Of a DNA stretch of 64,000 nucleotides, positions 48,501-61,739 are shown piece by piece. The notes under the pieces are model-generated. The model had not been told where the DNA came from. It did no database searches and saw nothing but the letters and a program-made list of their open reading frames with translations. The stretch comes from Camelus ferus. Its lineage: Eukaryota. The position numbers and the translations under genes are program-made. Location: NCBI RefSeq assembly GCF_009834535.1, contig NC_045709.1, positions 26,970,001 through 27,034,000 of the forward strand. Direction: 5' to 3'. Positions within the stretch are counted from its first letter, which is position 1, and each line of letters opens with the position of its first letter.

Positions 48501-51500
48501 TGTGAGTAACTGGGTCGGGTTAGCATCCACTGATGAGCGGCTGAAGCCGGGACGCAGCCATCACGGCAAGTGTCATGCTATCATCCTCACGGAGAATCGT
48601 CCCTTGGCTGGGACTCAGCCCAGCTTCCTGGGTGTCCCCAGCTCTAAGATACATTGAGATGTGGGCTTCTGATCGCTTCAGCTCATAAATGTGCTAATTA
48701 GGAGCATCAAGTGACCAGGGAACACATCCCTAGAAAAGATTTACAGGCACATAAAAATAAAATTAATGGCACCATCAACACTAGCAGAAGGTGCTAACGC
48801 TGAGGTAAGCACATAGTGCCCTAGGCAGCTGGGGAGATGGAGACTGCGAAGAGCCTGGTTTGTGATCCTGAGCCAGAGCGGAAAGGGTGCCCTTTGGGAG
48901 AATGCAGACTCAGATATGGGCACCACCGGGAAAGCCAGTCTTGCCGACGGTGTGGCCAGTCAGCTGCGAGCTGATGAAAGCAGTGGCTTTGGGGATGATG
49001 TGCGCGGTAACTCCCGGGGCAGATGCGGTTAGCTCAGCCTCGTGGTGGCCCGGGGGAGGAGCCCCTCCTGGCACGCCCAGCGGACGTCCCAGCGGGCAGA
49101 GCTGGCCCTGTGCGGACGGGGCTCAGAGGGGCTGCGCTCGGCTGCAGCTTATGCCCGCCTCCTCTCTGTGTGCACTGGTGTTTGGCGTGGAGGCTATTTC
49201 CCTGCGGCTCCTTATTATATTTGCATTTTCTATTATAAAATAAAATATCTTTTAAAGAAGGGCCACGGAGAGGCTTGGAATTCCCACTGGACAGAGATGT
49301 TGAAAGCCACAGAGGTTACTAATTGTTACCAGTGGACAGAACATAGGTTAAAAATAGATGGACAATGTGACCGTCATTTCTTTGTGTGGTGTTTTTACGC
49401 AGAACGATTTCCCTTAAAATCAGCCTGAGAAATAGAAATTAGAGAAGCAGAACATAGAAGATTACGAGCCATTGAGAGGAAAGCGAGTCTGGCTACGTGC
49501 GTAAAGCACCAGTTTGACACAGGCAGCGGCAGCGTGGGCTGGCTGTGTTCTCGGCACAGGAAGGCGCACCTTGAGCTAACTCGGGCGGCCGCCGGATGCT
49601 CATGGAGCTGGGTGGAGTCGGGGCTCCCTGGGCTGCCCTCGCCCTGCCACGAGGCCGTCGGAAACCGGGCATGGCTGGTGAGGCCCCTCCTCCACGCCCT
49701 CGGCACCCCTTTCATGGGCTCCTGGTTTGTTTCTTGGTGTTTCTGAGTCTGTGATGTCTGTCAGCCTCCCCTTTGGTGTGGCCAGAGGCTGCCTCTCCAC
49801 CTCACTCCTTGGTACCTGCTCCTACCTCGCTGTGACCTACTGTGGCCCCGATCCAACCTCATGGAATTTTCTGGCTGCAGATCCCACTGTTGAAGGCTTT
49901 ATTCTCTTGTTATTTCCAAGTACAATCTCCCGAAGGGGGCTTCTGAGAGGGCCAGTCCATCTTTCCACACCAGGCGTCTTCAGGGGTGGCTGTCAGCTCA
50001 GGACAACCCTGGTGTCATCCCTTGGTCCCACCGGGTGGTGGCTGGTGGGGTGTCAGCAGAGAGGAGGGATCAGAGTGTGCAGGCACCTTTGCTGGCATGT
50101 CCAGCAGGGCAGGGCGACTAGAGAAGGCTACGTGAGCGTCCTGCGGTTTCCACAGGAAGCTGCCCCTGGGGGATGAGTCTTACAGACAGGAAAGACCAAG
50201 GCATTTCCCAGGGGGACCAGAAGGGGCGGGTCCTGTGAGGGCGCCGTGAGCTGAGCTGGACCGCAGGGTACTGGTCTTCAGAATGAGCACCTCATCTAAT
50301 CAACTTAGAGATGTCATTGTTGAGCTCAGTTTCTGGTAGGTCGGGCCTGAGCCAGAAAGTCAAGCCGACAGACAGGGGGCCAGGGCTGTGGACCTGGAGT
50401 GGGAGCCTTCTCCTCCTTGCAGAAGGGGCCGTCTGGGCATGCTGCACACAGCTTGATCAACAAGTGTGAACATATCCAATGACCCAGCCCCAGCGTGGAG
50501 ACGGACCTTTGCAGACACCTCCTGAACTCTCCAGAATTCCTCCCCACCCCTACACGCCACGTAACTAAAGTCCGCTGGACTGCAAGCTCCCTTCTGTGCT
50601 GCTTTCTACCCTCAGAGCAAGGAACCAAAAAACCCGAGCTGACAAAAGAATGGAAAAATAAAATATTTTAATAGTATCCATGTTTGTTAAATTGTTGCGA
50701 TTCAGCCCCGCGCAGCCTGCGGAGTATTTTGCAGTTGTCTCAAAGCTCCCGGTAGGAGATCCGTGACAGACTCCGCACAGGTGGGGAGTCCTTTCAGGGC
50801 AGGCGCTGTGTCTTGCTCACTCCCATGTCCCCAGAACTTGCTAGAAGTTGTATCTGGTGCACAGGAGAGACGTGATGGACACCGAACGAGAAGTCCGGTT
50901 TGGTTCCTCGGCTTCTCTGGGTGGCGCTGCAGTAGACTGACACCCTCCCAGGGCGAGCGCTCTGCTCAGCGTGCTGCTGGGACTGGGGTATGTCTCAAGG
51001 TTGGGACCCAAGGTCGTCTTGTCGGTGCTGGAGTGAAGGCCGCTGAAGGTCTGGGGACCAGGATTTGTCCTGCAAGTTGCAGCTGCTGTTTCTGGAGCTG
51101 GTGACAAAGCAGAACATCTGAGCTGGAACCAGGGCTCCCAGAGCAGAGAGGGACGGGGCTCAGATGGTCAGAGAGCAAGTGACGTCTGGTTCCTTTGAGA
51201 AAGACGACACCAGCTATGAATCGCGTGGAACACCGCTGCTGTTTCCATTTATCAGTGCGCTGTTAGCTGAGTGTCAGAAAAGCTGGCCGTGTTTAGGGGC
51301 TTTGTGTAAAGTGGTGTCAAAGTCAAAGGCAAGTCACAGGGTCGGGGGCGGCAGCTCTCGTGGGGCGCTGGTGGCACGGGGCGGGGCGGCCCACAGACCT
51401 GCCTCACGGGTCCTCCCGACGACCTTCCGCAGCGTCTGCTTCTCCGTGTTCAGTGTTTTTCTCTGAGCTGGAGGAAGACGGCTCTGCCCTGCGGGTCTGG

Positions 51501-51611
51501 AAAGGCATTTTTGAACTTGTCTTACCATAGACTTTCTTGGTGAAGCTTTCTTTGATCCCAAAGACAGAGGGAACGGCTTTTCTCCAAGGGCCTCTAGAAG
51601 CCTGCTCGTAG

Positions 51612-51975
51612 CATACATCAGATTCTTAGGGCAACTGTAACAAAGCGGCACAGACGCAGAGGCTGGGACAACAGGAATGATTGTCCCACAGCAGTGGGGG
51701 CTGGCAGCCCACGCCCAGGGGGCCCGAGGAGGGGCCCACCCCACCCCCGCCCCGGGTCTCCTTGTCTCTTCACCCCATCTTCCTCGCTGTCTGTCTCTGT
51801 GCCCAAATTTCCCTTTTAGCAGGGCACCGGTTACATCGGGCTAGGGCCTGCCCTGATAAACTCTTTCCAACTTGATTTCCTCCCTAAAGACTCTGTCTCC
51901 AAATAAGGTCCCGTTCTAGGTGCAGGGGGGTTGGGACTTCCAGTGAACTTGGAGGGAACACAGTTTGATAACTCT
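51612..51975 (-). mobile_element. MLT1 (B/C-like) LTR
   Basis: ttcttagggcaactgtaacaaagc...aaagactctgtctccaaataaggtc...gggaacacagtt. Confidence 0.75.
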
Positions 51976-52119
51976 CCGTTCTGAACACTGTTTTCCTCAT
52001 CCTCTGCTCCTCTCCCCTCGGCAGACTGTGGGCCCAAGGCCAGAGCCTGGGATTAGGTCTTTGTGTCTTCAGGACAGTAGTTGGAATCTTCAGAGTGCTC
52101 AGAAAACATGCTTAAAAAA

Positions 52120-52170
52120 GAGAATCAATGAAAGGTAGGTGCTCAATGGCTATTGTTGAATGAATGAACT
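52120..52170 (+). mobile_element. L2 3' terminus
   Basis: gtaggtgctcaatggctattgttgaatgaatgaa. Confidence 0.7.
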
Positions 52171-55100
52171 GTTCACAAATTTATACTAAGCTGCAAATGA
52201 CTGATATGAGACCCTTTCTGAGAGCGGGTTTTGTTTGGGTGAAGAGCTGGTGTTCAGCAGACAGCAAGGACTGTGGGCTTCAGACAGAAGTGGGAGGGAA
52301 GCAACTAACAGCAACAAAGGAAGTACACCGGGACAGAGAGGGGGTCCCAGGACGAGAAATACTGATTTTCAGTTTTTCTTGAGGCTGGCCCTGCATTTGG
52401 TACTTTCAAGAATTTTAAATCTTAACCTTATAAAAAAAATTAAGTAGAGTAAAACTCACCTTGTGCCGCAGGTAGAAGCGGTTGGTAACCAGGTTAGACA
52501 CCCTTGATCAAGGCGGGGCTAGAAGCACCGTTTCCATCTTCCTCATCCATCTAAGGGGATGCTCTCCAAACCCTGCGCTATTAATGGCTCAGCAAAGACT
52601 TTGAGGTAACACTCATTGTTCTATGACATTTTCAGCCAGCTTGTCACAATTTCATCTTTTTCACTGTATAATATTCTAACAGGCCTGCCACATCCGTGAT
52701 TGGATGAGCCTGCATAGAAAAGAGGAGAAGACATCTTAAGGGACAAATTTTAACTTGAAATTTAAAAGACTTTCACATATGCTAATGGCACACATATGCT
52801 AATGACATACAAATTACATACAAATCATATGCAAATCGGTCTCTCATCCATCCAGCTCTCCTTCTGCTTTGATGTGGCCCTCGGGAAGCACCCTTCTGGA
52901 GACCATTAATCTAAAGAGTTGATTTAACAGCTTATTCGTTCTTTAACTTTTTGTTATCTAATTGCCTTCATTAGCTGGGGTAACGCATAAACGCATCCTA
53001 GAATTTCATCAATAAGAGCCCATAATTTACACAAAGGGATCTTTATTTGGTGAGTGGTTATAGACACACATATACACATACACACAAAAGCTCTGTTTTG
53101 AAAGAGGTTATAGAAATCAGAATGCACATAGAAGATGCATTCATAATAGCTATCACTGTCAAATTAAGCACCTGGATAGCAATGCCATCTTTGCGCCATC
53201 CCTGAGAAGGGCCCTTGGAAATGTGTTACTCTGTGTCTTGCTAGAGCAAAACAATCACATTTAGGTACCAAATACGTATGTCTGACAAAGTGCTGTTTCA
53301 GCAGAGAGTGAAATCACACGAACTCTCTCACGTGAGCTGGCGGATGGCAGGCCAGTTGTCTGTAGATATTCCCGAAGTATTTCTAAGGTCACCGCGGGAG
53401 AATCACTGCCAGGCTATGGGACAGAGGAGGGTACCTCTGTCTGTTCAGGGCACCGAAATCACCCAGCAGACACCCGTGGGTGGAAGGCACCCTGGCAGAC
53501 CTGTTTATATAAGGCCTGTGGCTGCAGGGGCCAGCGTGGCAGCAGCTCCAACAGCAAGTTCGACCAACAAAAATGCCCATCTTGATGCTGGGAGCGTAGT
53601 GTGAGCACCCCAGACTCAGCCGGCTGGCATCCCCCATGACCCCCAGCTTCTTTTTGGCCTGAGCAACTTAGCAAACACTCAGTGAGCACCTCCCTGCAGG
53701 GACACCCCACAGCATCCACGGGGGGAAAGCAAAGTAGTGAAGATGTACCCTGGCCACCATCAGTTCAAACCACCTTACGAGCCAGCATCCTAGTCAGTTC
53801 GTGCGTCCACATAGAGCGCTCCCCGCCGAGTCCTTTTTCTCCACAGCAGCCAAGAGCAGGAAGATGAAAATACGGAAAAGTAGTCAATGGGAGCCTTTCC
53901 TCGTCACCCCAGTCGTGGTCCTGGCCGCTCCCTGTAGACGGCAAAGGGTAAGGATGCGATGGGTCCTGTTTAGAATTCTGATCTCCTCAACAGGCTTATT
54001 GTGAACCGTGCGTGGCACCTCCAGGAGGCCAGCGGCTCTCGCACTCGTGGGCGTGTCTGCACTCCCGCTGTCCCCTCTGCATGCTGTTCACCAGCGCTCT
54101 CCTCTCCCTCACGGTTCACGACAGAGCTCAGCGCCTTACTGCCCAGTGTGAAAGAGGAGCGCCTCGGAGCAGTGGGCCCTTCGCAGGGGGGCTGTCATTC
54201 CAGGCACTGCGCCCATCTGCAGCCAGAGCCAGCCAGGCCCAGACAAGCACACAGGCAAACACCACCCCGCAACCCAGGTGCTTTGCTTAGTTCCACCCAG
54301 TGCAGGCTGAAACCCAAGACAGCCTCGCTCCAGAGTCTAGGCTGTTAATCACTAGGTTACGCTGCCATGTTTCTTAGTAGACTCACACGATTTCCTAAAA
54401 ACTTCAGTAATTTGCTAGTCAAATGCAAGAATGACTGCAAGGATGAGGTACCGGAGATGATCCAAAGCAAATTCGGTCCCTCCGAACTGGGAGGAAAACG
54501 TGCAACTGAAAGTGTGCTAAGAAATAGGAAAACTTTTGCTTATAATCTCAGCGCAGGCAGTGGTGGACCCATTTGGTTGTCGCCTGAGCGGCAGGGGAGG
54601 TAGGTTCCGGGCCGTCGGAGACACGAGTGTGCCTTACAGATGGAGCACAGGCCAGTTTTCCCCGGGACCAGACTAGAGATTTCAGCTGAAGCAGAACAGG
54701 AGGAAATGCCTCAGGTTTTGAAGTCTGCAGCCAGGGAGGAAGAGCAGAACCAAGGAGGTCCGCGGCAGTCCCTCCAGCGCTTCCCGCAAAGCCGCCTGCG
54801 ATCTGCGGGGCTGGCCCCAGGGGGACCGGGGACCGGGGCCCACAGGCTGGGCTGCAGCGAGTCTGCAAACCAGCTCTGCGCTCCTGGGAGGGGAGAGCGT
54901 TGCAGCAGGTCTGGAAATCCCGCTGGCCAGCCCACCCTGAATACCTAAGGTGCCTGCGGAGGGGCTGGGGGGCCTCCTAACTCACGGGGAGCTTTGAAGC
55001 CCCTTACGCTGTCGTCGGCACCTGCTCCCTGCGCACCTCTCGGCTCTCTCTCACGCTCACGTGCGTACTTGGTTTTCATTCATTTTTCTCCAGCTGACCT

Positions 55101-55309
55101 CAGTCTTTCTAAGAGGACCCATTTTTGCCAGTTTTGAGTCTAGGCGAGGAGGAGTTGTGGCAGGAAGAGTTACTGATTTCGAGTATAGGAAGTGTGGTCC
55201 TGGAATTGGTTAGCCGAGGCCCGGTCTGGCCGAGCCCCCTGGATCCTGTCCGGGGGCCACCGCGTTGGTCCTTGTGTCTCCCCTGTCTCCTCCCTTCCCT
55301 TGTCTGTCA

Positions 55310-55420
55310 CAGGCTTGGCAGTTTGGCGGGTACTGGTTAGGTGTCCTGTAGAATTTCCCAAATCTGCGATTGCACAGTATTTCTTGCATGATTAGACTGG
55401 CGTTTGGGGGCTTAAAACGT
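55310..55420 (-). mobile_element. L1MC4-type 3' fragment
   Basis: ctgtagaatttcccaaatctgcgattgcacagtatttcttgcatgattagact. Confidence 0.45.
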
Positions 55421-56254
55421 CCTTTGGAAGACATGCAATTCAGTTTGCCTTTGTTTGGTTTTGTGTTATTTGAAGATAACGGCTGAGCCTTTTTTCTGCA
55501 TCACTATCCAAGTTGCTAATAAATCCACGTCGGTGCCGACAGGGACACACGTCTCCACCAGCTGAAGCCCTGTTTATGAATGAGGAGGGTCTGCGATCAC
55601 GTTCCCTCACGGTGTCTGGTGGTCACAGTTTTCCTTTTAGTGGCCCCTTCTCAAGTCATTTGATTTGTTTATTTTTCGGGATAGACATCAGATTTACCTG
55701 CTCGGATCACGTTCTCCTGCCTTCGCAGTTGTGTAACGTGGTTCTGCCCAGGACATCACCTGTGTTACGGCACATGCCTGTGGTTGGCTTGGCACAAGCC
55801 CGAGTTAACACACGTTGAGTCACAGATCTGAGTGACTGAATTGGCACATGGTGACAATTCTGCTGCGTCGGTCAGGATTTCGGCCAGCCATGTAACGAGG
55901 TGCTTCACGTGCTGCGGACAAAGCAGGGTGACACAGACTGTCAGGTGGAATGAGGTGACTGCGTCGGTGGAGTGACCGTCCCCAAGTATGGGTTAGTGAC
56001 GTGGGGTGAGCCCAAAGTTCCCCAGCAGGGCTTTGCTGGGGGTTCTGCCCTGCGCTACATTTGTTGCCACACCTTGTAAAAATGCAAAAGGTGGGAAAGA
56101 AAAAGAGGGGGTGGCCCCAACCTGGCAGAGCCACTCACCTGTCTAACTCTTCAGGTAAAAGTAACCAGGTAGCAAAATGATCTTGACAAACAGGGAATTT
56201 TTAGGCCAAACTATCTAGAAATAGGAATATAAACGTACATCCTGGTTCCAATTT

Positions 56255-56678
56255 TATGCAGTTGCCACAATGAAATACTACAGACGCGGTGGCTGAAAGG
56301 ACAGAAATGGACCGTCTCCCGGCTCTGAAGGACAGGAAGCTGAGATCAAGGTGTCAGCAGGGCTCCTTCCTCCCGAGACCCCAGGGAGAATCCATTCCAG
56401 CCTCCTGTCTGGCTTCCAGTGCTTTGCTGGCTGCCTTTGGCATTTGCTGCGTGCAGGAGCAGTGCCCATCTCTGCTTCCATCTTCCTGGTGTGTGGTCTG
56501 CGTCCAAACTGCCCCTTTCCATCAGCACGCCAGTCACGTTGGATTAGATACTCACTCCACTCTGATGTCATCTCAACCAGTTACACCTGTCACAACCAAG
56601 TGAGGTCACATTTGGAGGCCCTGGGGGGCCAGGGTTTCTGTGTTTGAATTTCGAGGGCACACAATTCAACCCCTAACA
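56255..56678 (-). mobile_element. MLT1 (C/D-like) LTR
   Basis: gagatcaaggtgtcagcaggg...ccagggagaatccattcc...gggcacacaattcaacccctaaca. Confidence 0.85.
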
Positions 56679-56839
56679 GTTCTGCTCACGACAAAACTCC
56701 ACAGCATAAGTCACGTGAGATTTACCTGTGCCTGCAAATCACAAAGGCCTGGAACTCACGCAGAGCCCGGGGCATGGCTTGTCTCTTCCCCACGACGGTG
56801 GGGGTCTGCACTGGGAGGACTCACTGAGGACCCCACAGC

Positions 56840-57208
56840 TGGAAATCACCCGAAGTCTTGGTCACTGACACAGCCAATGCCTGGGCTGGGACAGCTCAAA
56901 GACGAGGGCTGCTGGCCCGAGGCCGCCTGTGTGGCTGGCCTTCCTCCCAGCATAGCTGCCTTCAGTCATCAAATTTCTACCTGCCAGTCCAGGTTCGCCA
57001 GGTGAGAGCGCCAGTGAACTGGGCAGAGGGGGTGTTGACTTTTGTGATCCGGCATTGGAAGTTACAGAGCATCACTTCCTCATGCTCCCAGAGCCATGGG
57101 AAGGGAATTTGATTACACCTGTTGATGGGGAGTGGCTGTCATATTGTGGGGGGGACACGTGGAACAGGAGATAGTGAGGTGGCATCTGGGGAATGTACAA
57201 CCTGCCAC
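56840..57208 (-). mobile_element. MLT1 (K/H-like) LTR
   Basis: gaagttacagagcatcacttcc...gattacacctgttgatggggagtggc...catctggggaatgtacaacctgccac. Confidence 0.65.
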
Positions 57209-57259
57209 CAACAGTCCTCCTCTTACCCAGAGTTGTGAGATAGTCTTATATGGCCTGCC

Positions 57260-57392
57260 NNNNNNNNNNNNNNNNNNNNNNNNNNNNNNNNNNNNNNNNN
57301 NNNNNNNNNNNNNNNNNNNNNNNNNNNNNNNNNNNNNNNNNNNNNNNNNNNNNNNNNNNNNNNNNNNNNNNNNNNNNNNNNNNNNNNNNNNN
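57260..57392. other. Assembly gap (133 N)
   Basis: Run of N. Confidence 1.
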
Positions 57393-57409
57393 AACAAATA
57401 ACATATTCC

Positions 57410-58440
57410 CCATTCGTTCTTAATTCAACTTTTCCATAGGAAAAAAATCTATTTGACTGATCAATCATCATAATTTAATATTTTTTCCACTACTTCTAAC
57501 ACTTCTTCTGAGGACTGTTTCTGTTACTTCTCTACTTTCTCCTATTACAAGCACTGCTGCAACCAACTGTCTGCATGTACCTCACGGGGATCACATGGGA
57601 TGCTTCTTTAATATCTGGATTGCAAACATTCAGAGCGTGTGGCTTACGTTTAGAGTCCTACAGAAATGATATTTATCATTACGTGACCTCCTTGAATCTA
57701 ACAGATCTTAATTTAAGTTTCTGATACTATATTTTTTGATACATTAGGGTTCATAGATCTTTCTGTTTTCTATTTAGATTATCTCCTTTATCAACATTTC
57801 ATAACGCCAGCCCCATTTAATTTTGTTCTTGCGTATCCTAAAATTACGTTAAACTATACCAGCGCTCTGCTTTTTCCTTTGTATCTGTCTAATTTTTTGC
57901 CCATGTTTTATCTCTCCCATCTTCACTATCACACAGTGCATCACAGACCCTGTGGTTGTCTAACATGTCACTGGGCTTCTGGGACACCTGAGGGCAGTGT
58001 GATGTTTGTTTCCTTTAAGAGCTGGTTTATGGCCTCTGTGCTTGTGGCAATTTCCCTTCTGATTGCAATAAAAATGCCGTGGTTCCAGATGTTTATTTCC
58101 TTGATTTTCTTTGTGTGTTTCAATCTGTATCTTCAAGTCATCTCCATCAGTCATGCTTGCACTCTCCATTCTGTGCAAAAGCAGCGTCTTTGTTATTCCT
58201 TCCTCGCCTTGCCCTTCCCCTCTGCGTTCTGGAGGAGATCTTCCAGCTCACCCCACAGTGCTGAGTTGTTTTTGACAGTACTAATTGCCACCATCTACTC
58301 TTCCCCACACTGATTTGTTTGCTTTATTGCACTTGAATTATTTTAATTTTTCACTTTCTCATCCATGTCCCCTTTCTTGTAAGTTTTATGGACTTTTCCT
58401 TTGGCTTCCTGGAGACCTTTGTTGAATCCCATTAAGGTTG
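57410..58440 (-). mobile_element. Ancient L1M fragments
   Basis: T-rich decayed reverse L1 ORF1/ORF2-like sequence. Confidence 0.45.
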
Positions 58441-58451
58441 TCAGATAATCT

Positions 58452-58755
58452 AGGTGGAGACAGACTCTCAGACATAGAAACAAACTTAGGGTGACCTGGG
58501 CAGGAGGCGGATGGGAGGAGGGACAAATTGGGAGTCTGGGATGAGCAGATGCAAGCTACTGTGTACAAAATAGGTAAACAACAAGGTCCTACTGCACAGC
58601 ACAGGGAACTGTGGTCGGTATCTTGTAATAACCTGCAGTGGTAAAGAATATGAAAAAGCATAATACATATTCTTGCGCGTATAATCGAATCACTATGATG
58701 TACGTCAGAAAATAACACAATGTTGTAAATCAGCTGCACTTCAATTTAAAAAAAA
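58452..58755 (+). mobile_element. L1 3'UTR fragment
   Basis: agactctcagacatagaaacaaactta...acaaggtcctactgcacagcacagggaac...cacttcaatttaaaaaaaa. Confidence 0.88.
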
Positions 58756-58822
58756 GGCATTGTTCTAGGTGTTGTCAATTTTCAGAGGCTTTTCCTGGCC
58801 CTGACAGCTTAGGGGATGATTT

Positions 58823-59311
58823 TGCGGCCCTAAATAAAATCACACAACGTGAGAGCCGTGGGTTAAGTTTCATTTGGGTCAAAATGAGGACTATAGCTGG
58901 GGAGACAGCATCTCAGAGAGCTCTGAGGAGCGTCTCTGAAGAGCAGGGGGAAGACCCAGTATTACATATGATTTCAGTGAAGGGGGACGTGCAGAGGCTG
59001 CTGCTAGTCACCAGGAGCAGATGTCACTGTTAATGATTTTGGTGCTTTTCTAGATATGAGGAGACTCAAGAATTAGGGCTCATAAAATCTTCTCCTCAAA
59101 GTATCTAATTACCTGAAGGCCTGTTCTGCCAGTTTTCCCAGGACACAGAGCACCCCAGTGCCTGATATCCACCTCGAACTCCTTTCAGGGAGTGTCGGAG
59201 GTCAGAGGCTGTCGCGGTTCATGATCTACTCCAAGCAGGGTAGATGGCAAGTGCCACCGTGGTCCAGTCCTTGTAGAGGCAAATGGCGAGTGCCAGTGCT
59301 TAGTTGGCAAC
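58823..59311 (-). mobile_element. ERV1-class solo LTR (family not assigned)
   Basis: Reverse strand reads gttgccaact...ggcacttgccat...ctccctgaaaggagttc...ctagaaaagcaccaaaatcattaacagtgacatctgctcc...gagctctctgagatgctgtctcccc, typical of laurasiatherian ERV1 LTRs, with internal atggc(a/g)agtgcca repeats. Confidence 0.7.
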
Positions 59312-60326
59312 TTCCACCTCCCTTACCTGTTGGGTCGTCCCCACGTCCTCTGTGTCGGGGCACCTGTGTATTTACTCATCCTGAAGAGAGATGAGCCAGA
59401 CCCAACACTGGCCAAACGACAGGCAGACCGAGGGCCAGCACCCGGCGTCCCCAGGCCCCATGTGGGGACAGATGCCCTCTTGCAGACGAGGGGGCACAGC
59501 GAAGGCTGATGGAGACAGCTGGGCACTCTCGACCAGCGTCAGCTGGGCTTCACGCCGTGTGGTCCGGAGGGCGCGTGCGCTCAGGGCCTCGCCGGCCCTT
59601 GGATGCTCTGAATCGACGAGGTACACACAGGTCTCCCCAGGCTCGTCCCCAACACGGCTCTTCCTGTTTCAGAAACACTTTCTCATCGGAGCTGCACTGC
59701 TCAGAATTTCCTGTCTCCTGAACCTCAACGTTCCTTCATTTTTCTTCTTTTCATGCAGATGTAGTGAGAGTAAGAAAAATGGGGACTGTGGTGTTGTGTT
59801 GGTTAGAGGGAGCCGCCCTGCACAGACGCTTCAGAACAACACCCATTTCTAGCTGAGGGTTGGCTGCCAAGTTTTCTGTTCCCTGAGCGGGGAGTAGAGG
59901 GGAGGAGGGAGAAGTGTCTCCGTATCGCTGTCTGGCTGGCAGTTGGCTCTGTTTGGGGCAGGGAAGAAAACATGTGTAAGATGCTCATTTCAGTGCCTCA
60001 GATTAGGGCCCTGTGGACACAGTTTTCTAAGATCTGTGTCACAAGTGCTGTGTGCTTTGCCATCTTTTGCTTCGTCTTGGAGGGCTGTCTCGGAGACTAC
60101 TGGCTAGGAGTCATGCTTAATAACATGTTTCTTGGTAGACTTCCTGGGAACCCCATTTCTCTATTATAAGTGATTTTCATTAGATACACACTTAAACGTT
60201 GTTGGGTGTCCAAGGGTTGTCAGGTAGCATTAGTTCCATTGAATAGTTAAGTGCACTCACCGGGGAATCACTAACTCGTGCTGGGTGCTCGGTTCCGTGG
60301 GGGAGGCTGGCTGACGGAACCCAAGA

Positions 60327-60392
60327 AGGAAGGAGGGAGGGAGGGACGGAAGGAAGCAGCGGGGAGAGAGGGGGAGGGAAGGGGAACCAGGG
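60327..60392 (+). repeat. Purine-rich (GGA/GGGA)n tract with G4/H-DNA potential
   Basis: GGGG-AGAGA-GGGGG-A-GGG-AA-GGGG at 60361-60384. Confidence 0.6.
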
Positions 60393-61367
60393 AGCGAGGT
60401 CTGAGTCCCTGATTCCAAAATCTGCACGGTAATTAGAAACACACATCAGACGAAATAGAGCCATTTTCTACCTGCAGATCAATGTAAGTAAAAGTCCTAA
60501 CTAAAAAAGAAAATGCAACTTTAAAATGAGCCAAGTGCATTTTGTTTTCCGTGCATACATGCTAATATTTCCTAGTGATGAGCTGCCGTAGCCAGAATAC
60601 AAATTCTATCTGGCCAGTCTTGTTGATGTTTTTGTTATAAATTTAGAAGCATAGGGCATACTATGCTTTTTATAAACGTCACAGCTTATTAAGTCACTGG
60701 AAAGCTGGCAAAACGCCCCAGCCTTTCCGTATTTCAGTAATAATTCCCAGGCTATTCTTTTGTGCGTTCCCTTCTCTTGCCAAGCGCCTGCACCAAACAA
60801 TTCATTTATTTCGCATTAACTTCAGTCGTGCTCTGAGTACATCATCCACAGCCTTACAAGTATGCAATCAGCCCTGCCAAGGACTTCTGCCTGTTTCTGC
60901 TTTACTTCAGGTTTATCTGCTTGTTTCCACAGATTTCCAGTCCAGACTCGTTAACTGATGCAAAAAAGGATGCTTTGGAGCCTTCAGCCTCTTCCTGTTA
61001 ATAGACGGCCTCTGAACGCCATGTCTTTGCAGAGACGCCCTGTCCATACAGAATTTTCCTCCGACAGGTCACTGAGAAGCCTTCCTCGCATAGAAGATGA
61101 TTTGTGATTTTCCCTTCAGGATAATCGTTTCCCCAGGTAAATTGTGCCTTTGTGCCAGTGAATCAGATGAGCAGTCTGGAGCGTCCCAGCGTGGGATTCA
61201 GGAGTTACATGTGATTTTTTTTATGAAAGTGGCTTCATTTGGCCGTAAATCTGTGGTGCCCTGAAACTGTCCTCACCGTGTAGAGTTACTGAGGCTGACG
61301 TCGGGGTAGGGTGTCCTGTGGTTTTCCCAAGGCGCACGCTGAAATCACAGGGTTTTCTGATGGCCAG

Positions 61368-61392
61368 AATAATAATAATAATAATAATAATA
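61368..61392. repeat. (AAT)8 microsatellite
   Basis: Directly visible. Confidence 0.95.
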
Positions 61393-61739
61393 ACCTTTAG
61401 AGTTACAATGTGTAAATTTTGGTCAGAAATTCTACTCACAAAGGCATGTGAGCTGATAGCTTTTTGTGTCAACCTGAGGGTCTACGAGACAGTCATGGCC
61501 CCAAGAGTGTCGGGAAGACACGGGTCTAAATACTGTTCCAATTAACAGTGTTAGATAGAGATTAATTTGTTTACCATAGAGTCACAGGGCACCTGGAACA
61601 TGATTGTTCATTACAAAGAAAAAATCCCACATTTGACTACGCTTAGGTGAAATGTTAATTCTGGAGTTGATAAGGCCTGGCGACGCTTGAACAAGCTAAT
61701 AATATTCTAACAGAGTTTTAATAGCATGTTGATGAGTAA

